Assembly (NCBI RefSeq): GCF_021869535.1
Contig: NW_026262712.1
Coordinates: 94,488,001 to 94,552,000, forward strand
DNA length: 64,000 nt
Source of the DNA: Mytilus californianus
Lineage: Eukaryota
Direction: 5' to 3'
A model generated the notes under the pieces. That model did not search any database. It saw only the letters and a program-made list of their open reading frames with translations, and was not told the origin of the DNA. Each line of letters opens with the position of its first letter. The first letter of the stretch is position 1. The translations under genes and the position numbers were made by a program. Positions 12,269-24,629 of the stretch are shown here, one piece after another.

Positions 12269-12710
12269 GGCCTAAAAAAAAAATTCTGTGTTTCCGGTAA
12301 CATCATTTTGTTAAATAGGGTCGGTAGGTCGGATTTATTTATTTATTTTTTTTTTTTTTTGACATTGTAAACGAAATCCGGAAAATTATCATGGTTTTTC
12401 CAAGTCCGTGTCCGTAATTAGTTTCAAATACCGGAAGTGCGGCCATTTGAAATGTTTTTGAAGCACCTGCCGTGCAAATTTCTTGGATTTTAACCTTTTT
12501 GGAATACCTTTTGACATAAATAAAATGTTTTACTGGCTTTCTGTGCAGATCCATAAATAATTATGTCGATTAACAGAAGCCTGTGTCAAAAACAGGGTTG
12601 GTTGATACCAATTTTTTTTTTTTTTGAAGATCCAATAAAAAAATTAGGGTCGGGGCTAAAAAAACAGGGTCGGTCGGGTTACCGGAAACACAGATTTTTT
12701 TTTCTCGGCC
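12269..12710. mobile_element. PIF/Harbinger-type MITE, 442 bp
   Basis: TAA TSD (12266-68, 12711-13); ~33-bp TIRs GGCC(T/G)A..TCTGTGTTTCCGGTAAC; empty site TAACATAAATATTCC at 19031 and 25431. Confidence 0.9.
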
Positions 12711-13502
12711 TAAATATTCCAGACCATATAGAAGTAAACTACTCAGTTCCCTCTTTTACAAATATGATATCGTTTATCTTCAAATGTGATAAGCATGTGA
12801 ATGATACGATCTATCCAAATGACGGACTAGCACATCTTCCCCTTTTATCCTAAACTTTGTGACATTAAAAGGAATAGTGTTGATGGCTTTATAATATTAC
12901 TCTTTTATTTACATTTCGTTTCAATTAACAAACTTCTGGAAAGTATTTTATTAAAGTATATATATTGTTTAGTGTTCTTAACATTATTTAAAAGTATGTT
13001 TATCTAAATGTTGGTTTTTATTTTCAGTCCCTCAATTTTGTACAGCAAACTTTTGTATCATTCTTTGGACAATAAATATTCTAAAAGTCATTCTGTTCTT
13101 TCCATTTCTATATCAATTGGAAACAAAGGAGGAGGTACTATAAGGACCAAACTTTATTTTCTTTTATATGTAAATAGCATAATGAAATCTGGACACTTAG
13201 GTTCAAAACTATTAGGATAGAAATGTACAAAATGACATATATGACATAAAATGGTCATTTTTAAGAGATTTGTTATAAAATTGGTTGTTACTTAAACCTA
13301 ACCCAAAACGATATTTCGTATCAATAAACAATTATTTTTAACATCTCGTAACAAAATACCTCGTCGTGGTAATTTTATACTGATGTCAGGTGAACATCTG
13401 AAGGTTATGTTTCGATATTTTTATATTGTGTCTTTAAGAACTCAAGCGAACTTTTCAAGTGGCCCTTTCGTACATTCTCTTTGATTACTTTACTGTATTT
13501 AT

Positions 13503-14744
13503 CTAAATCGACTTTGTAACAAAAACGAAGAATAACAATGCACTTACTGAGATTCCTCCAAATGAAACCCATAAAAAGATTGTATTAAGTGTTAAACAGA
13601 TGTCGTTCCATGAAACATCGTTCCTGTCGTTAGTAGTTAAACTTTCATTGCCATTCACATTTGAATTTTGACGATTTGATGTGTTGTTTAATATAATACT
13701 CCATTCTCTCTCTGTTCTTGGTTTATCGGGTCTACAACACAATACCAGCCGTTTTAAAAAAGATGGTATGTGACGATTCTTATCTTTCAGTTGAAGCCTA
13801 TGACATAGAATAGTGCAAAAACATATCAAAGAACTAAACACGAGGCCAAACATCAGAAAGTAACTTAGCAAAGACATTGGTTCAGATGTTTTAGGCAGGT
13901 TATCTCCTATCAAAGTCAGAAATACAGCTATTGCAAGTAATACAGTTATAGCATATGAAACTCGTTCTCCTGAGTTTGGTGGTAAAACAAATACGCATGC
14001 ATTTAACAACATCAGAAATATAACAGGAAGTACAATGTTTACAACATAAAAACCTGGACGTCTCTTCATTGAAATAGACATATCAATGAATGACGAACCA
14101 ATCGAACCATCTACTATACTTTTGGCAGACGCAGAATTTATCTTCCAGCTCCCATGTTCTAAATAATAATTCATGTTAATGTCAGAAGATGACAGCAATA
14201 CAATTTCATTTGATGAAGTTCCCCATGCCATCAAACGTATTGTACAAATCTGTTCGTCAAACGGGAAGTACGTAATATCCACACTACATGAACTAATTAA
14301 AATTTCACCTGGTGTCCAGTATGCAAAACCATTGCTAGAATATCTTACCGTCATAAAATCTTTCCCAATCTTTTCGATTTTACTGAATGGATTTGTAATA
14401 ACAAGTGTTGGTTTCCATATATCGTCTTGTAAAAACAACATAGTGTTCGTATCATTGTAGTCTAGTGGATTCCAAGTCATTCTTGAATCATACCATGTGA
14501 TTTGAAAAAATCCAATGACGGCATATTTTCCGTTAACTTCGTCGAATTCTTGAATTGCACCCAAATTGAAAGAAACATTAATTTGTGAAGCAACTGATTG
14601 GTCATTTCCTGGTCTAATCTTTTTATTGTAGTCCATTACCATTTTTGTATATAATCTGCTAACATCAGACAGGGTAGAGCCAAAATTAGGTTTTCCACTA
14701 TCAAGCAATAGCAGTAGGAAACATATCAATTTATTCAACGCCAT
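13503..14744 (-). CDS. Intronless nicotinic acetylcholine receptor-like subunit (non-alpha type), copy 2, 413 aa
   Basis: Signal peptide, Cys-loop CSVDITYFPFDEQIC (C-x13-C), KRRP before TM1, TM2 GERVSYAITVLLAIAVFLTLIGDNLP, four TM segments, no vicinal CC. Confidence 0.95.
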   Translation of the reverse strand: MALNKLICFLLLLLDSGKPNFGSTLSDVSRLYTKMVMDYNKKIRPGNDQSVASQINVSFNLGAIQEFDEVNGKYAVIGFFQITWYDSRMTWNPLDYNDTNTMLFLQDDIWKPTLVITNPFSKIEKIGKDFMTVRYSSNGFAYWTPGEILISSCSVDITYFPFDEQICTIRLMAWGTSSNEIVLLSSSDINMNYYLEHGSWKINSASAKSIVDGSIGSSFIDMSISMKRRPGFYVVNIVLPVIFLMLLNACVFVLPPNSGERVSYAITVLLAIAVFLTLIGDNLPKTSEPMSLLSYFLMFGLVFSSLICFCTILCHRLQLKDKNRHIPSFLKRLVLCCRPDKPRTEREWSIILNNTSNRQNSNVNGNESLTTNDRNDVSWNDICLTLNTIFLWVSFGGISVSALLFFVFVTKSI

Positions 14745-16036
14745 TTGTCACATTTGTACAGTTACCACTTTGTTGTCAAATTGTACATATAACAATGTTT
14801 TCGAATTTCTAAATCATTGTTCATACTTAGTCCATGAATAGTTAAATAATGAAATTCGCTTTTGAGATTTTCTCATTAGTAGCCAGCATCTTTATTTCGT
14901 ATGTAGTCTGTGAATCGAATACTTTTTACTTATTCATCAATTATCATCAGTGTCAATATACGAACTGTTACATCATTCTTCTTCCAATGTATACCGTGCA
15001 GCTTATATGTTTTATTAAAATATACAGTTTTGTATCACTGACTAAAAAACAATAATATCCTCCTTCGACAAAAATAAAATCTTACAAAGTACATGTCGAC
15101 TGTCAAACTTTAACGGCTCAAACAATCATATATGTTTATTATTTATATGTCCTTTGTCATTTGAAACTTTGACGATTTAATCATTAGAACTCATTTCAGG
15201 TAATCAATACAATTAGTACAAGTTATTTATATTTCTGATATTAGAATAAAATGTGTGTTCATGATATTTACTTTTATAATACGTTTGGGATTTTACATTA
15301 AACACTTACTGCCCATGAAATCATTAAAGAAATGGTTGAAAATAAGTAAATGGACAACATCGATTAAATAACTAAAACAATGCAGTGTTATCATAGTAAT
15401 TCTATATGGCACCAGTCAAACGTTTAGTCAGTTGATATTTACACGTTATCTTAATTACAACATGACTGTCCTTGACACTGAGGGCCTTGTTTTAACTTTT
15501 TTCTGTATATTTGCAGTAACGTTTAATTTAATGTTCCACTCAAAAGTTTCGCGTGTTTACAGTATACTGTTATAGCATCACTGATGTATACCCAACATTT
15601 CCTTTCATTTATAATATGATAACATTTTCATATAGCTAAACAAATTTTGAGAGCTCAACCAAAATATGGAGGGAAGAAAGATATTAGTAATCCAAACTAA
15701 AATCCTACCAAAGTAAAAGCTATTAGTAGTTGAGAAACGTCATTCTCCATACGCGGATGAAGTTGGTGAATTGCTGTTAAGGTGAGAAAATATCATTTCA
15801 GAATTGAAATCGTCTCGTTTGTCAAAGATTCTGTTACTGGGATAACGTCCGTTGTCAAATTCGAGGTAAATGTCTAGAAATGAGGCGGAGGAAACCGATG
15901 CGTACATCTAATAAACCGATTACGATATTGTAGATGAAAATGAAAAAAACAAAAATTAAAGAAATTACATTTACTCCAAAAGGAGCGAGGTCTGGTGTGT
16001 TGACATCGTAATAACATAAACGGTACAAATTTTTCT

Positions 16037-16080
16037 GCACCGGATGCGCATTTCGACAATCAATGTCTCTTCAGTGATGC
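16037..16080 (-). ncRNA. Type I hammerhead ribozyme, family 1, mismatch at first helix I pair
   Basis: Same as 9061..9104 but TC^CGGTGC gives an A-C pair next to the cleavage site. Confidence 0.7.
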
Positions 16081-16224
16081 TCGAGGCCAAAAGTGAGTAA
16101 GTGTCTCCTGCTTTTTATACACCTCCCGCCGTGTGAATCCACACTCAGTCCAAATGTTACAGTTTGAAATAGAACATCATTGGTTATATTACAGATCAGA
16201 CGATTATTCCGGTATCTAAAGATC

Positions 16225-16960
16225 TTAGACCGTGGAAACATGTCGTTAGTGAGTTAAGATACACGCACATCGGTTCTGTTTACCAAATTTGTGATGGTGA
16301 CCGTAAAACTTACGTCGTTTCGATTTCTGTTCTTCTTGCTCATAGCCCTGTAGAACTGGTGTTTGTCTAAGGAGCACAATGTAACATACGTATAGTGTGA
16401 ATGTTCACGATCGTACAGTAGTAATTGAGATATGTAAACGCCATAATAGTGGTAGAGGGTATGTTACTGTTAACAAATGGGCAGATGACAATTGGAAAGT
16501 TGAAATAATCACATTTGTTATTAATTCGGGTTTGAAATCGTCCATGTATGTCAATAGTGGAGAAAGAAAGAAATGAAGTAGACCTTCTGTATTCGGTATC
16601 CCAAATCTCAAGTTCACTGCAATGTAGGTTATTGAGCAACAAGACAACAATTTCAATATCACTGAAAGTGAAAATAAAAAACCTTGGAAAATGCATTTTT
16701 CTTTTTGCCTTTGAGAAGAGAGGCAAAAGATATCGAAGGGATATTCAAACTCATAAGTCGAAAACAAACTGATAATGCTATGGCAAAAAACGAAAAACGA
16801 CGAAAAGACAAACAGCAGAACACAAAACACAACATAGAAAACTAAAAAGTGAGTAACACGAGCCCAACCAAAACCAAGTGCTCCGGAAGGGTAAGCAGAT
16901 CCTTCTCTGCAGGTGGCACCCATGAGAAGGTCCTGTATGAATTCTGCTTCTTATAACATA
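16225..16960 (-). mobile_element. Paralogous Naiad-type RT remnant (spacer 2-3)
   Basis: ORF 16367..16726 carries SELEIWDT...DYFNFPIVICPFVNSNIPS. Confidence 0.8.
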
Positions 16961-17538
16961 CAAACAATTCTGCCAGTAGCAGTGCTCAATTGGAACCAAT
17001 TGGAAAACCATCTTTCTGTTGAAGTATTATTCCACTAAACTCAACAAATACATTGAATCCCAATCAAGGAGTAACACGACGGGTGTCACATGTGGAGCGG
17101 GATCTGAGATCAACCCCATTCTTGGTGGGGTTCGTGTTGATCAGTCTTTGGTTTTCTACGTTGTGTTTTGTGTTCTGTTGTTTGTCTGTTTGTCTTTTTC
17201 TTTTTTGCCATGGCGTTGTCAGTTTTATTTCGACTTGAGTTTGAATGTCCCTTTGGTATCCTTCGCTTCTCTTTTCATATTCCTATATTTTAATCTCTCC
17301 GTTAGGGTACATCGCTTTTTTTTTCTTTTTACAATACAATCTTGTTTTAACATCGCGTTCTCTTGTTCATTGACCAACTGAAGTTGTTTCATTATGAAAC
17401 ATTAAGTTTCTGTAAAAAAATCTGAAGGTTTCCCCAGGAACAAAGTTGGTTAATGATTCAGTAAAAACCACCTGTTCTTACTATTGAACTGAAATTTAAA
17501 TAATCCATTTCTTCTTACACCACGGAATAGTATTGTAA

Positions 17539-17577
<39 letters not shown>

Positions 17578-17748
17578 AACAAGTCTAAATTGAAAACAAA
17601 GTTCAAACCTATGATTGCGTTGGATAAAAACCGCAATTTTTATACGTGTGCATGAAAAACAAATTTCTTGGAAGAGGAGTCTAAATACAGCACAAACAAC
17701 ATTTTCCAAAAGACCAAAAAAGTGAAAAAGTATATTTTAACAAAACGC

Positions 17749-17992
17749 GTTTTGTTCACGCATCGTTGTAAATATAACGAAATTTGATAAGACTGTCGTA
17801 CAAGTGAGAGGTTTAGCGCTATAAAACCAGGTTCAATCCACCATTTTCTACATTTGAAAATGCCTGTACCAAGTCAGGAATATGACAGTTGTTGTCCATT
17901 CGTTTGATGTGTTTTGTCATTTGATTTTGCCATGTGATTAGGGACTTTCCGATTGAATTTTCCTCGGAGTTCAGTATTTTTGTGATTTTACT
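17749..17992 (+). mobile_element. Family B SINE-like insertion specific to spacer 2-3
   Basis: Absent at the paralogous sites AAAACGCAT..ACTAGCAGG (~11180 and ~24400). Confidence 0.8.
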
Positions 17993-18172
17993 TTTGACTA
18001 GCAGGTCGAACAACGGATGTTCTTAAATCCTGCTGACTGCCATTGGCGATTGTCAAATAAACGGATCACAAGATGTAACAAAATGGATCTTAATTATTAA
18101 TTTAATACCAAACAGAAAAAAATAAACTTGCGAAAAAAGTGGTATACCGCAAACAAAAGGTGTAACATTAGT

Positions 18173-18216
18173 ACACCATATCCGGATTTCGATAATTAAT
18201 GTCTCTTCAGTGATGT
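18173..18216 (-). ncRNA. Type I hammerhead ribozyme, family 2, helix II mismatch
   Basis: ACATCA CTGAAGA GACATTAATTATC GAAA TCCGGA TA^ TGGTGT; C-A mismatch in helix II. Confidence 0.65.
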
Positions 18217-19822
18217 TAGGAATCGAAACGTTATTTGGAAGGCCATACAATTTACCTCAATTTAGGATAGACTCTTGAATTTGGAAGAGTCAAAATAGGA
18301 TGAACGGATCATGTAAATATATATATTGGTACTTCACGGTTTTGATAGTATAAATGAGGCGAAAGATACCAAAATGAAAATCAATTTCATCAACCGAAAA
18401 TGAACTGACGACGCCTTGGCGAAAAAATCTATAAACATTTAAAACAGACAAACGTAAAAAATATTTATCTAGGCAAGAAGCCGAGCTTGTTTGCTATATG
18501 ATATGAATAATAACAAGACTGACCACAATACGTCTTTTATTCAAAATGAGATTATTCCAAATTTAATTTGCAAATAAAACATTTGACTTCAAAATTCTTA
18601 ATTGTGATTAAAATATAATTCATAAGAAATAAGAAATGATATCAACTAAAAGCAACCAATTCAAAAGTAGCAAAAAATAGTAAAGAAAGTGGGAAGAAAA
18701 CTCCCACAAGCTTGCAAATATATACATACTTTCTCTTGTATATTAATTTGTAGGATATAATTGATGTTATAAGCACAAACACTCATTAAAGGTAATTATT
18801 TCAATTACTGCAAATTATTAAATCCCTGGTGATAAAACGACATTTCTAGTAATAATAAAGTTTAAACTAACGTACTTGTTTTTATACAATTGGCATTTTT
18901 CATTTTAGAATTAATATCCTGCAAATTATCGAATAAAATGATATTTACAATCAGTAAATGATCAGAAAGCGATGATACAGCTGTTATCTCGGTATGCTAA
19001 ATACCCGATTTATTTTTTTCATTTCTATAATAACATAAATATTCCAGACCATATAGAAGTAAACTACTCAGTTTTCTCTTTAACAAATATGAAATCGTTT
19101 ATCTTCAAATGTGATAAGCATGTGAATGATACAATCTATCCAAATGACGGACTAGCACATCTTCCCCTTTTATCCTAGACTTTGTGACATTAAAAGGAAT
19201 AGTGTTGAGTGCTTTATAATATTACTCTTTTATTTACATTTCGTTTCAATTAACAAATTCTGGAAAGTACTTTATTAAAGTATATATTGTTTAGTGTTCT
19301 TAACATTATTTAAACGTATGTTTATCTAAATGTTGGTTTTTATTTTCAGTCCCTCAATTTTGTACAGCAAACTTTTGTATCATTCTTTGGACAATGAATA
19401 TTCTAAAAGTTATTCTGTTCTTTCCATTTCTATATCAATTGGAAACAAAGGAGGAGGTACTATAAGGAACAAACTTTATTTTCTTTTATATGTAAATAGC
19501 ATAATGAAATCTGGACACTTAGGGTCAGAACTATTAGTATGGAAATGTACAAATTGAACAATATGACATAATATAGTCATTTTTTAAGAGATTTGTTATA
19601 AAATTAGTTGTTACTTAAACCTAACCCAAAAAGATATTTCATATCAAAAAACAACTTTTTTAGACATCTCGTAGCAAAATAACTCGTCGTGTTAGGTGAA
19701 CATCTGAAGGTTATGTTTCGATATTTTTATATTGTGTCTTTACGAATTCAAGCGAACTTTTCAAGTGGCCCTTTCGTACATTCTCTTTTCTTTGAAAATC
19801 TTGTTTACTTTACTGTATTTAT

Positions 19823-21064
19823 CTAAATCGACTTTGTAACAACAATGAAGAATAACAATGCACTAACTGAGATTCCTCCAAATGAAACCCATAAAAAGAT
19901 TGTATTAAGTGTTAAACAGATGTCGTTCCACGAAACATCGTTCCTGACGTTAGTAGTTAAACTTTCATTGCCATTCACATTTGAATTTGGACGATTTGAT
20001 GTGTTGTTTAATATAATACTCCATTCTCTCTCTGTTCTTGGTTTATCGGGTCTACAACACAATACCAGCCGTTTTAGAAAAGATGGTATGTGACGATTCT
20101 TATCTTTCAGTTGAAGCCTTTGACATAGAATAGTACAAAAACATATTAAAGAACTAAACACGAGGCCAAACATCAGAAAGTAACTTAGCAAAGACATTGG
20201 TTCAGATGTTTTAGGCAGATTATCTCCGATCAAAGTCAGAAATACAGCTAATGCAAGTAATACAGTTATAGCATATGAAACTCGTTCTCCTGAGTTTGGT
20301 GGTAAAACAAATACGCATGCATTTAACAACATCAGAAATATAACAGGAAGTACAATGTTGACAACATAAAAACCTGGACGTCTCTTCATTGAAATCGACA
20401 TATCAATGAATGACGAACCAATCGAACCATCTACTATACTTTTGGCAGACGCAGAATTTATTTTCCAACTCCCATGTTCCGTATAATAATTCAGGTTGAT
20501 GTCAGAAGATGACAGCAACACAATTTCATTTGATGACGTTCCCCATGCCATCAAACGTATTGTACAAATCTGTTCGTCAAACGGGAAGTACGTAATATCC
20601 ACACTACATGAACTAATTAAAATTTCACCTGGTGTCCAGTATGCAAAACCATTGCTAGAATATCTTACCGTCATAAAATCTTTTCCAATCTTTTCGATTT
20701 TACTGAAAGGATTTGTAATAACAAGTGATGGTTTCCATATATCATCTTGTAAAAACAACATAGTGTTCGTATTATTGAAGTCTAGTGGATTCCAAGTCAT
20801 TCTTGAATCATACCATGTGATTCGAAAAAATCCAATGACGGCATATTTTCCGTTTACTTCGTCGAATTCTTGAATGGCACCCAAATTGAAAGAAACATTA
20901 ATTTGTGCAGCAACTGATTGGTCATCTCCTGGTCTAATCTTTTTATTGTAGTCCATTACCATTTTTGTATATAATCTGCTAACATCAGATAGGGTAGAGC
21001 CAAAATTAGGTTTTCCACTATTTAGCAAAAGCAGCAGAAAAAGTATCAATTTAATCCACGCCAT
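19823..21064 (-). CDS. Intronless nAChR-like subunit, copy 3, 413 aa
   Basis: Same architecture as copy 2; intact ORF. Confidence 0.95.
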   Translation of the reverse strand: MAWIKLILFLLLLLNSGKPNFGSTLSDVSRLYTKMVMDYNKKIRPGDDQSVAAQINVSFNLGAIQEFDEVNGKYAVIGFFRITWYDSRMTWNPLDFNNTNTMLFLQDDIWKPSLVITNPFSKIEKIGKDFMTVRYSSNGFAYWTPGEILISSCSVDITYFPFDEQICTIRLMAWGTSSNEIVLLSSSDINLNYYTEHGSWKINSASAKSIVDGSIGSSFIDMSISMKRRPGFYVVNIVLPVIFLMLLNACVFVLPPNSGERVSYAITVLLALAVFLTLIGDNLPKTSEPMSLLSYFLMFGLVFSSLICFCTILCQRLQLKDKNRHIPSFLKRLVLCCRPDKPRTEREWSIILNNTSNRPNSNVNGNESLTTNVRNDVSWNDICLTLNTIFLWVSFGGISVSALLFFIVVTKSI

Positions 21065-22294
21065 TTGTCACACTTTATTGTCAAATTGTATATATAACAA
21101 TGTTTTCGAATTTCTAAATCATTGTTCATAATCAGTCCATGAATAGGTAAATAATGAAATTACGATTTTCATTAGTAGCCAACATGTTTATTTCGTATGT
21201 AGTCTGTGAATCGAATACTATTTACTTATTCATCAATTATCATCAGTGTCAATATACGAACTGTAACATCCTTCTTCTTCCAATGTATACCGTGCAGATT
21301 ATATGCTTTTTTTAATATACAGTTTTGTATCACTGTCTAAAAACAATAATATCCTCCTTCGACAGAAATAAACTCTTACAAAGTACATGTTGATTGTCGA
21401 AACTTAAACGACTCAAACAATGCTCATTATTCATATTTCCATCTGCATGTAATTTAACACTTAGTCGATTTTAATCATTAAAACGCTTTTATGTAATCAA
21501 TACAATTAATGGAAGTTATTATATTTCAAATATTATAAAGAAATTTGTGTTCATGATATTTACTGTTATAATACGTTTAGGATTTTACATTAAACACTTA
21601 CTGTCCAGGAAATCTTCAAATAAATGGTTGAAAATCAGTAAATGGATAACATCGATTAAATAACTTAAACAATGCAGTGTTAACATAGTACTTCTATATG
21701 GCACCAGTCAAACGTTTAGTCAGTTGATATTTACACGTTATCTTAATTACAACATGATTGTCCTTGACACTGAGGGCCTTATTTTAAATTTTTTCTGTAT
21801 ATTTGCAGTAACGTTTAATTTAATGTTCCACTCAAAAGTTTCACGTATTTACAGTATACTGTTATAGCATCACTGATGTATACCCAACATTTCCTTCCAT
21901 TTATAATATGATTACATTTTTATATAGCTAAACAAATTTTGAGAGCTCAACCAAAATATGGAGGGAAGAAAGCTATTAGTAATCCAAACTAAAATCTTAC
22001 CAAAGCAAAAGCTATTATTAGTTGCGAAACTTCATACTCCATACGCGGATGAAGTTGGTGAATTGCTGTTAAGGTGAGAAAAAAAAATTTCAGAATTGAA
22101 ATCGTCTCGCTTGTCAAAGATTCTGTTACTGGGATGACGTCCGTTGTCAAATTCGAGGTAAATGTCTAGAAATGAGGCGGAGGAAACCTATGCTTTAAAC
22201 TAATGAAACAAAAATTAAAGAAATTACATTACTCCAAAAGGATCAAGGCCTGGTGGGTTGACATCGTTATAACATAAACGGTACCTATTTTTCT

Positions 22295-22338
22295 GCACCA
22301 GATGCGCATTTCGACAATCAATGTCTCTTCAGTGATGC
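22295..22338 (-). ncRNA. Type I hammerhead ribozyme, family 1, intact
   Basis: Identical to 9061..9104. Confidence 0.85.
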
Positions 22339-22479
22339 TCGAGGCCAAAAGTGAGTAAGTGTCTCCTGCTTTTTATACACCTCCTGCCGTGTGAATCCAC
22401 ACTCAGTCCAAATGTTACAGTTTGAAATAGAACACCTTCGGTAATAATACAGATCTGACGATTATTCCGGTATCTAAAG

Positions 22480-23150
22480 ATCTTAGACCGTGGAAACATG
22501 TCGTTAGTGTGTTAAGATACACGCACATCGGTTCTGTTTACCAAATTTGTGATGGTGACCGTAAAACTTACGTCGTTTCGATTTCTGTTCTTCTTGCTCA
22601 TAGCCCTGTAGAACTGGTGTTTGTCTAAGGAGCACAATATAACATACGTATAGTGTGAATGTTCACGATCGTACAGTAGTAATTGAGATATGTAAACGCC
22701 ATAATAGTGGTAGAGGGTATGTTACTTTTAAGAAATGGGCAGATGACAATTGGAAAGTTGAAATAATCACATTTGTTATTAATTCTGGTTTGAAATCGTC
22801 CATGTATGTCAATATTGCAATGTGGGTTATTGAGCAACAAGACAAAAATTTCAATATAACTGAAAGTGAAAATAAAAAACCTTGGAAAATGCATTTTTCT
22901 TTTTGCCTTTGGGAAGAGAGGCAAAAGATATCGAAGGGATATTCAAACTCATAAGTCGAAAACAAACTGATAATGCTATGGCAAAAAACGAAAAACGACG
23001 AAAAGACAAACAGCAGAACACAAAACACAACATAGAAAACTAAAAAGTGAGAAACACGAGCCCAACTAAAACCAGGTGTTCCGGAAGGGTAAGCAGATCC
23101 TTCTCTGCAGGTGGCACCCATGAGAAGGTCCTGTATAAATTCTGCTTCCT
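22480..23150 (-). mobile_element. Paralogous Naiad-type RT remnant (spacer 3-4) with internal deletion
   Basis: ORF 22625..22924 carries DYFNFPIVICPFLKSNIPS; the SELEIWDT segment is deleted. Confidence 0.8.
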
Positions 23151-23766
23151 ATTACATAAAAGTAATTCTGCCAGTAGAAGTGCTCAATTGGAACCAATTG
23201 GAAAACCACCTTTCTGGTGAAGTATTATTCCACCAAACTCAACAAACATATTGAATCACAATCAAGGAGTAATACGACGGGTGTCACACGTGGAGCGGGA
23301 TCGGCCTACCCTTCTGAAGCACCTGAGATCAACCCCATTCTTGGTGGGGTTCGTGTTGCTCAGTCTTTGGTTTTCTACGTTGTGTTTTGTTTTTTGTTGT
23401 TTGTCTGTTTGTCTTTTTTTTTTTTGCCATGGCGTTGTCAGTTTATTTTCGACTTGAGTTTGAATGTCCCTTTGGTATCCTTCGCCTCTCTTTTTATATT
23501 CCTATATTTTAATCTCTCCGTTAGGGCACATCGCTTTTTTTTTCTTTTTTTTTCTTTTTACAATAAAATTTTGTTTCAACATTGCGTTCTCTTGTTCATT
23601 GACCAACTGAAGTTGTTTCATTATGAAACATTAAGTTTCTGTAAAAAATCTGAAGGTTTCCCCAGGAACAAAGTTGGTTAATGATTCAATAAAAACCACC
23701 TGTTCTTTATATTGAACTGAAATCTAAATAATTCATTTCTTCTTAGACCACGGAATAGTATTGTAA

Positions 23767-23794
<28 letters not shown>

Positions 23795-23800
<6 letters not shown>

Positions 23801-24217
23801 AGTTTTCAGCCTTGTATCACCATCACTGGTAATCCGATGGATAAAATCTCTCATAGAGTTGTCACTGGTTCAGACGTACTTATAATATACTTTTTTCTGT
23901 GAATGCATGCTACATTAATTTGTAAGATCCTTTACGATAGATAATTCAGTTGATCTGTAAAAATTCCATCTTCATGCCTTATATATCATGTACTGTGTTA
24001 CGACGCTAGATTAAAGCTGACGAGGAAAGGCCACTGAAAGCTTTATTATTGTACAGCCTAGGTGGTCGAGTGGTCTAGCGCGTCGGACACAGTGCAAGGC
24101 GATTTGGTGCCACGATATCTCAGTAGCATGAGTTCCAATTCCGGCCAGGGAAGAACAAAAAATTTGCTTCCGCAAATTTACAGATCTAACATTGTTAGGC
24201 TGTTATTTAGACGAATT
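23795..24217 (+). mobile_element. Second copy of the tRNA-like composite element
   Basis: Paralog of 10571..10997 at the same spacer position. Confidence 0.7.
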
Positions 24218-24583
24218 ATATATATATACATGTATACAAGTCTAAATTGAAAACAACGTTCAGACCTATGATTGCGTTGAATAAAAACCGCAATTTTTAT
24301 ACGTGTGCATGCAAAACATGTCTTGGTAGAGGGGTCTAAATACAGCACAAACAACATTTTCCAAAAGACCAAAAAAGTGAAAAAGTATATTTAAACAAAA
24401 CGCATTTGACTAGCAGGTCGAACAACGGATGTTCTTAAACCCTGCTGACTGCTATTGACGATTGCCAAATAAACGGACCACAAGCTGTAACAAAATGGAT
24501 CTTAATTATTAATTTAATATCAAACAGAAAACAATAAACTTGCGGAAAAGATGGTATACCGCAAACAAAAGGTGCAAAATTAG

Positions 24584-24629
24584 TACACCATATCCGGATT
24601 TCGACAATTAATGTCTCTTCAGTGATGTA
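24584..24629 (-). ncRNA. Type I hammerhead ribozyme, family 2, intact
   Basis: TACATCA CTGAAGA GACA-TTAAT-TGTC GAAA TCCGGA TA^ TGGTGTA; 7-bp helix I, palindromic helix III, AUA triplet. Confidence 0.82.

Noticed and set aside
14173-14460. Plus-strand ORFs overlapping the receptor genes (also 19845, 20496, 26910, 46282)
   Set aside because: Antisense shadows of the real CDS with inconsistent ends among copies.
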